DNA of 21,650 bases from an uncultured delta proteobacterium (lineage in GTDB: Bacteria; Desulfobacterota; RBG-13-43-22), in contig CAWJJC010000026.1 of NCBI GenBank assembly GCA_963843145.1, positions 1 through 21,650 on the forward strand, written 5' to 3'. The notes under the pieces are model-generated. The model searched no databases. It worked only from the letters and a program-made list of their open reading frames with translations, and was not told the DNA's origin. The stretch's first letter is position 1. Each line of letters opens with the position of its first letter. The translations under genes were made by a program, and so were the position numbers. Positions 17,201 through 21,650 of this stretch are shown here, in pieces.

Positions 17201-18079
17201 ATGGAGTGGACCGCTATTGTCATGCAGCTTTTTACCGGCCTTTCCCTGGGGATGCTTTATGTACTCCTGGCGTTGGGGCTCTCGATTATTTTCGGGCTTC
17301 TGACAGTGGTAAATTTTGCCCATGGGGCCATGTACATGTGGGGCGCCTATGCCGGAGTGGCGACGATAGCCCTGACCGGCAATTTCTGGTTGGCCCTGAT
17401 CGTGGCCCCGCTGGTCATCGGCGGATACGGTCTCTTAGTGGAACGGACCCTGATCCGTCCCCTCTACGGCCGGGACATTAACTATCCCCTGCTGTTGACC
17501 TTCGGTCTCCAATTCATCATGATTGAAATCATCCGGATTTTCTGGGGGACTTCGGATTATCCCTTCCAGGCTCCGGAGGCCTTAAGCCAGCCCATTGAAA
17601 TTCTCGGCATCTTCTATTTCCCGGCCTATCGGGTATTTGTCATCGCCATCACCATCGTCATTTGTCTCGTCCTCTGGTACTTCCTGGAAAAGACCAACTT
17701 GGGTTTGATCATCAAAGCCGGAACACGGGACCCGCTGATGGTCAAGGCCCTGGGTATCGACATGGGCCGCATCTGGTGGCTGGTCTTCGGCATCGGCTCC
17801 GCCCTGGCCGGTCTCGCCGGAATCCTGGCGGCGCCGATCCGTAGTGTTTTCCCGGAAATGGGACTGGCGATGCTGGTGGAATGCTTCGTGGTGGTGGTGG
17901 TGGGAGGCATGGGCAGTCTCAAGGGAGCGATTCTCTCCGGGATCATTATGGGAGAGGCCATTGCCATAACCACCCTCTTTTATCCCCAGATGGCGGATAT
18001 TGTTATTTTCCTGGTCATGGCCGTGGTGCTGTTGATCCGCCCCAGCGGCCTGTTTGGCAGGGCCGGTCTTCTGGAGTAA
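17201..18079 (+). CDS. Liv-type ABC transporter permease (LivH-like)
   Basis: LALGLSIIFG...VNFAHG, LLLTFG, LAGLAG, VVVVGGMGSLKGA, LLIRPSGLFG. Confidence 0.93.
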   Translation: MEWTAIVMQLFTGLSLGMLYVLLALGLSIIFGLLTVVNFAHGAMYMWGAYAGVATIALTGNFWLALIVAPLVIGGYGLLVERTLIRPLYGRDINYPLLLTFGLQFIMIEIIRIFWGTSDYPFQAPEALSQPIEILGIFYFPAYRVFVIAITIVICLVLWYFLEKTNLGLIIKAGTRDPLMVKALGIDMGRIWWLVFGIGSALAGLAGILAAPIRSVFPEMGLAMLVECFVVVVVGGMGSLKGAILSGIIMGEAIAITTLFYPQMADIVIFLVMAVVLLIRPSGLFGRAGLLE

Positions 18080-18132
18080 TCCGGAGAGCAGCGCTCCGTT
18101 AACCGATTAACCGATTTTCCCGGCGGAAAAAA

Positions 18133-19116
18133 ATGGAAGAACAGGTGCAGAAACAAGGCGCGTGGCCGAGAGTGGTGGGGATTTTCTCCAACCATCCTCT
18201 GGTCTTCATCATCCTTTTCTTTTTTATCATTCCCTTTATCGTGCCCTATAAGGCCCTGGCTACGGAGATCATTATCTGGGGACTATTCGCGCTCGGTTTC
18301 AACGTCTGCCTGGGGTACACGGGAATGCTGTCCTTCGGCCATGCCGCCTATTTCGGGGTCGGGTCTTATGCCACCGGGATCGTACTCATTCGACTCTGGC
18401 CGAATATCTGGTTTGGAATTTTCAGCGGAATGGTCATGGGGGCGTTCACCGCCTTTGTCCTGGGTTATCTTTGCATCAAGCGCCGGGGCATTTATTTCGC
18501 CATGCTGACCCTGGCCTTCGCCCAGTTGATCTATTTTCTGGCCTTCCAGTGGGTGGATCTGACCGGAGGCGACAACGGGTTGCGCAACCTCCCGGCGGCT
18601 CCCCTGACCCTCTTCGGCTACGATCTGAATATTTATGAACCCATCCGTTTTTACTTCTTTGTGCTCTTCTTTGTCATCCTTTCACTGCTGGCCCTGAACC
18701 GCATCCTGGAGTCCCCTTTTGGACAAGTGTTGCAGGCCGTCCGGGAAAATGAGCCCCGGGCCAAAAGCTGCGGCTATGAAACCACCAATGTCCGCTGGCT
18801 GGCTTTTGTGATTTCCGGGGCCATCTCCGGGTTGGCCGGCGGACTCCACGCCGTTTACCTGCATTTTGTCGGCATTGACGCGCTCTACTGGACCACCTCC
18901 GGCCAGGTGGTCATGATGACGCTGCTGGGAGGCATGGGGAGCTTTATCGGGCCCTTTATCGGGGCCGGGATTTTTCTTTACCTGGAAGATATGTTGAGCG
19001 CCCTGACCTCCAACTGGATGATCTTTTTGGGGGTCATCTTCGTCCTCTGCGTCTTGTTTTTCCCCGCCGGGGTCTGGGGTACCGTCAAGAACCTTTCCAC
19101 TCGTAAAAAGGACTAA
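18133..19116 (+). CDS. Liv-type ABC transporter permease (LivM-like)
   Basis: GYTGMLSFGHAAYFG, GIYFAMLTLAF, TGGDNG, SPFG..LQAVRENE.RA, LLGGMGSFIGP. Confidence 0.93.
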   Translation: MEEQVQKQGAWPRVVGIFSNHPLVFIILFFFIIPFIVPYKALATEIIIWGLFALGFNVCLGYTGMLSFGHAAYFGVGSYATGIVLIRLWPNIWFGIFSGMVMGAFTAFVLGYLCIKRRGIYFAMLTLAFAQLIYFLAFQWVDLTGGDNGLRNLPAAPLTLFGYDLNIYEPIRFYFFVLFFVILSLLALNRILESPFGQVLQAVRENEPRAKSCGYETTNVRWLAFVISGAISGLAGGLHAVYLHFVGIDALYWTTSGQVVMMTLLGGMGSFIGPFIGAGIFLYLEDMLSALTSNWMIFLGVIFVLCVLFFPAGVWGTVKNLSTRKKD

Positions 19117-19133
19117 GGGAGGGCCGGGGTTCC

Positions 19134-19880
19134 ATGGAAGCCTTGCTAAAGACCATCAACCTGACCAAGAATTTCGGCGGCCTGGCGGCGGTGAACGACG
19201 TCAGTTTTTCTATCCGGAAAGGTGACCTGCAGACGATCATCGGTCCGAACGGGGCCGGCAAGAGTACCTTTTTCAAGTTGATTACCGGGGAAATCAAACC
19301 TTCCAGCGGGCAGGTGATTTTTATAGACCAGGACATTACCGCCCTGTCCCAGACCAAGATTTCCCACCTGGGAATTGCCGTGGCCTATCAGATCACCAAT
19401 ATTTTCCCCATGTTGACGGTGCTGGAAAATGTGCGGGTGGCCGCCCAGTCACGAAAAACGACCTTCAACCTCTGGTCCAAGGCCCTGGCCCATAAGGAGT
19501 TGGTCGAGGAAAGCCTGGCCATCCTGGAGTTGATCGGCCTGGCCGATTTCCAGGCGGAGACGACCGCCAACCTTTCCCACGGCGACCGGAAACGGCTGGA
19601 AATCGGCATCGCGCTGGCCACCAAACCCAAACTGCTGTTGCTGGATGAACCGACCGCCGGCCTCTCCCCTCATGAAACCCGGCAGACCATCGAACTGATT
19701 AAAAAGATAGCCGCCGGCCTGACGATCGTCCTGGTGGAACACAAGATGAAGGTGGTCATGGAGGTTTCCAATACGATCACTGTCCTGCATTACGGAAAAC
19801 TTCTCGCCCAGGGAACCCCGGATGATATCCGCAACAACGAAGAGGTACGCCGGGTTTATTTAGGAGGCATCAAATGCTGA
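19134..19880 (+). CDS. Liv-type ABC transporter ATP-binding protein (LivG-like)
   Basis: FGGLAAV, Walker A GPNGAGKST, LSHG, LLLLDEPTAG, VEH, V..VYLG. Confidence 0.94.
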   Translation: MEALLKTINLTKNFGGLAAVNDVSFSIRKGDLQTIIGPNGAGKSTFFKLITGEIKPSSGQVIFIDQDITALSQTKISHLGIAVAYQITNIFPMLTVLENVRVAAQSRKTTFNLWSKALAHKELVEESLAILELIGLADFQAETTANLSHGDRKRLEIGIALATKPKLLLLDEPTAGLSPHETRQTIELIKKIAAGLTIVLVEHKMKVVMEVSNTITVLHYGKLLAQGTPDDIRNNEEVRRVYLGGIKC

Positions 19881-19897
19881 AACCGGGGGGCTTCTGT

Positions 19898-20060
19898 GAC
19901 GGACTCGCAAAAGACCGCCCCGCCGAAGGCGGGGTTAAGCGCCGGGCTGGGGCAGGGGGTAAAACCATTTCAATTCACTTCAAATGGCGGGGGAGTCCTG
20001 CCTAAGGCGGGATCCGCTCGCCGAGCAGAAAGTCGCTTTTCGACTTTTTGCGAGGTTATC
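19898..20060. mobile_element. Small non-coding inverted-repeat element (MITE/REP-like)
   Basis: Imperfect terminal inverted repeats GACGGACTCGCAAAAGAC ... GACTTTTTGCGAGGTTATC with perfect CTCGCAAAA core. Internal hairpins CCCCGCCGAAGGCGGGG and CCTGCCTAAGGCGGG. Sits between normally adjacent ATPase genes. Confidence 0.6.
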
Positions 20061-20062
20061 TT

Positions 20063-20770
20063 ATGTTGCTGACGCTGAATGCCATAGACACCTACTACGG
20101 TCTGAGCCACGTCCTCCAAGGGGTATCGCTAGAGGTCAACAGCCAGGAAATCGTCACCCTGGTAGGCCGGAACGGGGCGGGCAAAACCACTACCCTGAAA
20201 AGCATTTTGGGCATTACCCCGGTTAAGTCCGGACAGGTGCTGTTCCACGATGAGGACATCAGCGCTTTGCCCACCCACCGCATCATTCAAAAGGGCATTG
20301 CCTACGTTCCGGAGGAGCGCCGCATCATCCCCGGTTTGACGGTCCGGGAAAATCTGAAACTGGCCCTGCTCAAAAGTAAAAACCTCAACCGGGAGGAGGA
20401 GATGATCGACCGGGTGGCCCACTATTTCCCCGTACTGAAGGACCGCTTGAAGCAGGAGGGGACCAGTCTGAGCGGCGGGGAACAGCAGATGCTGGCCATC
20501 GGCCGGGCGTTGATTACCGATCCGGAAATCATGCTGATCGATGAACCCACCGAAGGCCTGATGCCCCTGCTGGTGGAAACGATCGCCGAGATTATCCAGA
20601 CCATCCACCGCAGCGGCGTGACCGTGCTGCTGGTGGAGCAGAATATGGAAATGGCGCTGAGCATCTCCCATCGGGCCTATGTCATCGACGAAGGCCGGAT
20701 TCGAACCTCGGGGGATGCCCAGGCTATTCTGAACGACGAAGAGATCGCCTGCCAATACCTGGCGGTTTAG
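20063..20770 (+). CDS. Liv-type ABC transporter ATP-binding protein (LivF-like)
   Basis: YYGLSHVL, GRNGAGKTT, VPEERRI, LSGGEQQML, IDEPTEGL, LLVEQN. ATG 20063 follows GAGG. Confidence 0.94.
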   Translation: MLLTLNAIDTYYGLSHVLQGVSLEVNSQEIVTLVGRNGAGKTTTLKSILGITPVKSGQVLFHDEDISALPTHRIIQKGIAYVPEERRIIPGLTVRENLKLALLKSKNLNREEEMIDRVAHYFPVLKDRLKQEGTSLSGGEQQMLAIGRALITDPEIMLIDEPTEGLMPLLVETIAEIIQTIHRSGVTVLLVEQNMEMALSISHRAYVIDEGRIRTSGDAQAILNDEEIACQYLAV

Positions 20771-20878
20771 AACGTGCTGGGAGTACGCGCGAAATCCTCG
20801 ACCCCGGGGCAATAGGACGACGCGACTCGGGAACCGCAGGTCTGGCGGCCCGGGTTTTTTAAGGAAGAATTAGGAGAA

Positions 20879-20894
20879 ATATCATATATGTGAT
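20879..20894. promoter_or_regulatory. Candidate operator upstream of the M24 gene
   Basis: ATCATATATGTGAT (20881-20894) is a 12/14 palindrome. It shares 11 bp, inverted, with 14186-14196. Confidence 0.45.
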
Positions 20895-21008
20895 CTTTTA
20901 TAAAGGAGGTGGTCGTACACTTTGATCCGGCAGGAATTTTTTTAGCGGCAGATTGTTTTATCCACAGCGGTCTGAATGTAATCCTAGTCTAAAAAAGGAG
21001 GAAAAACG

Positions 21009-21650
21009 ATGGGTATTGATGCGGTTCACACCAAATATTCTACCTGGGACGGCGCGGCCAAGATGAGGGAATTCGCCGAAAAATTCAAACCGGCGAACAC
21101 CCCCATGAAGTTTGAGTATCCGATGATTCCCGATTACAAAGCCTACCGGGGTGGCGGCACTCAGGCGGTGGATTTTGATAGTCGGATCGACTATGACCGG
21201 ATGAGGAAATACCGCGTCGAGCGGACCCGGGAGGCCCTGAAGGCCTACAAGGTTGGGGCGATTTTATCGATTCAGGAATGGAATACCCGGTACATCACCG
21301 GCACCTGGACCCCGGCCTGGACCACCCCGTCTTCGGGACTGCGTTATGTATGATGCCCGTCACCGCCAAGATGCCGATCCTCTATGAACAGGGGAGGTGC
21401 TAGCCCCACCCGCCAGATGGCCCCCTGGCTGGATAAGGTCAAAGTGGCCATCACCGGCGGCGGCTGGAGCAGCGTCATTATGGGTCGATCGGCCCACCAG
21501 GCCCAGAGAGACAAGCTGGTCACTCAGATCATCGACGACCTGAAGGAATACGGGCTGGCCAAGGAAACCCTGGCCATGGATGTTTGGGATCCCGGTCTGA
21601 TCGAAGGGTTCCAGGCCAAAGGGATTAACGTCGTTCCGGCCACCGAGTTG
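21009..21650 (+). CDS. M24-family (Xaa-Pro peptidase / creatinase-like) hydrolase, 3'-partial, with frameshifts
   Basis: AGGAGG RBS. AVDFDSRIDYDRMRKYRVERTREAL...GAIL...NTRYITG resembles the creatinase-type N-terminal domain. Reading continues after indels (~21350, ~21400) as MPVTAKMPILYEQG...RQMAPWL...DLKEYGLAKETLAMDV to the window edge. The catalytic domain is outside the window. Confidence 0.72.

Noticed and set aside
6221-21353. Selenocysteine read-through at TGA codons 6221-6223, 6712-6714 and 21351-21353
   Set aside because: In each case homology continues in a different frame, so these are indel-derived stops, not in-frame Sec codons.

Overview
GC-rich bacterial DNA whose gene content and style suggest an anaerobic deltaproteobacterium (Desulfobacterota-like; inference). 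Scattered single-base indels, mostly near both ends, look like uncorrected long-read errors. Left to right: (1) a frameshifted Zn-dependent alcohol dehydrogenase and a small membrane-anchored hypothetical gene; (2) an AT-rich islet (~1.9-3.56 kb) that begins at a tRNA-Sec anticodon-arm-like 18-mer and carries an orphan ORF, a ~180-aa protein with SeqA-like architecture behind a 37-bp perfect palindrome, and a truncated RhuM-family gene; (3) a GntR regulator and a three-subunit xanthine-dehydrogenase-family molybdenum hydroxylase; (4) two tandem paralogous secreted beta-helix proteins, the first split by a complete IS3-family element (3-bp ATC duplication) and decayed, the second intact with a choice-of-anchor-Q-like domain and a Chloroflexi-style LYLPLILK tail; (5) garR with a panB 3' remnant, divergent from a GntR - cyclase - Liv-type ABC transporter - M24 hydrolase cluster, where a small inverted-repeat element has separated the two ATPase genes. 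No CRISPR array, rRNA or complete tRNA was seen. All family assignments are by eye from remembered motifs; no searches were run.
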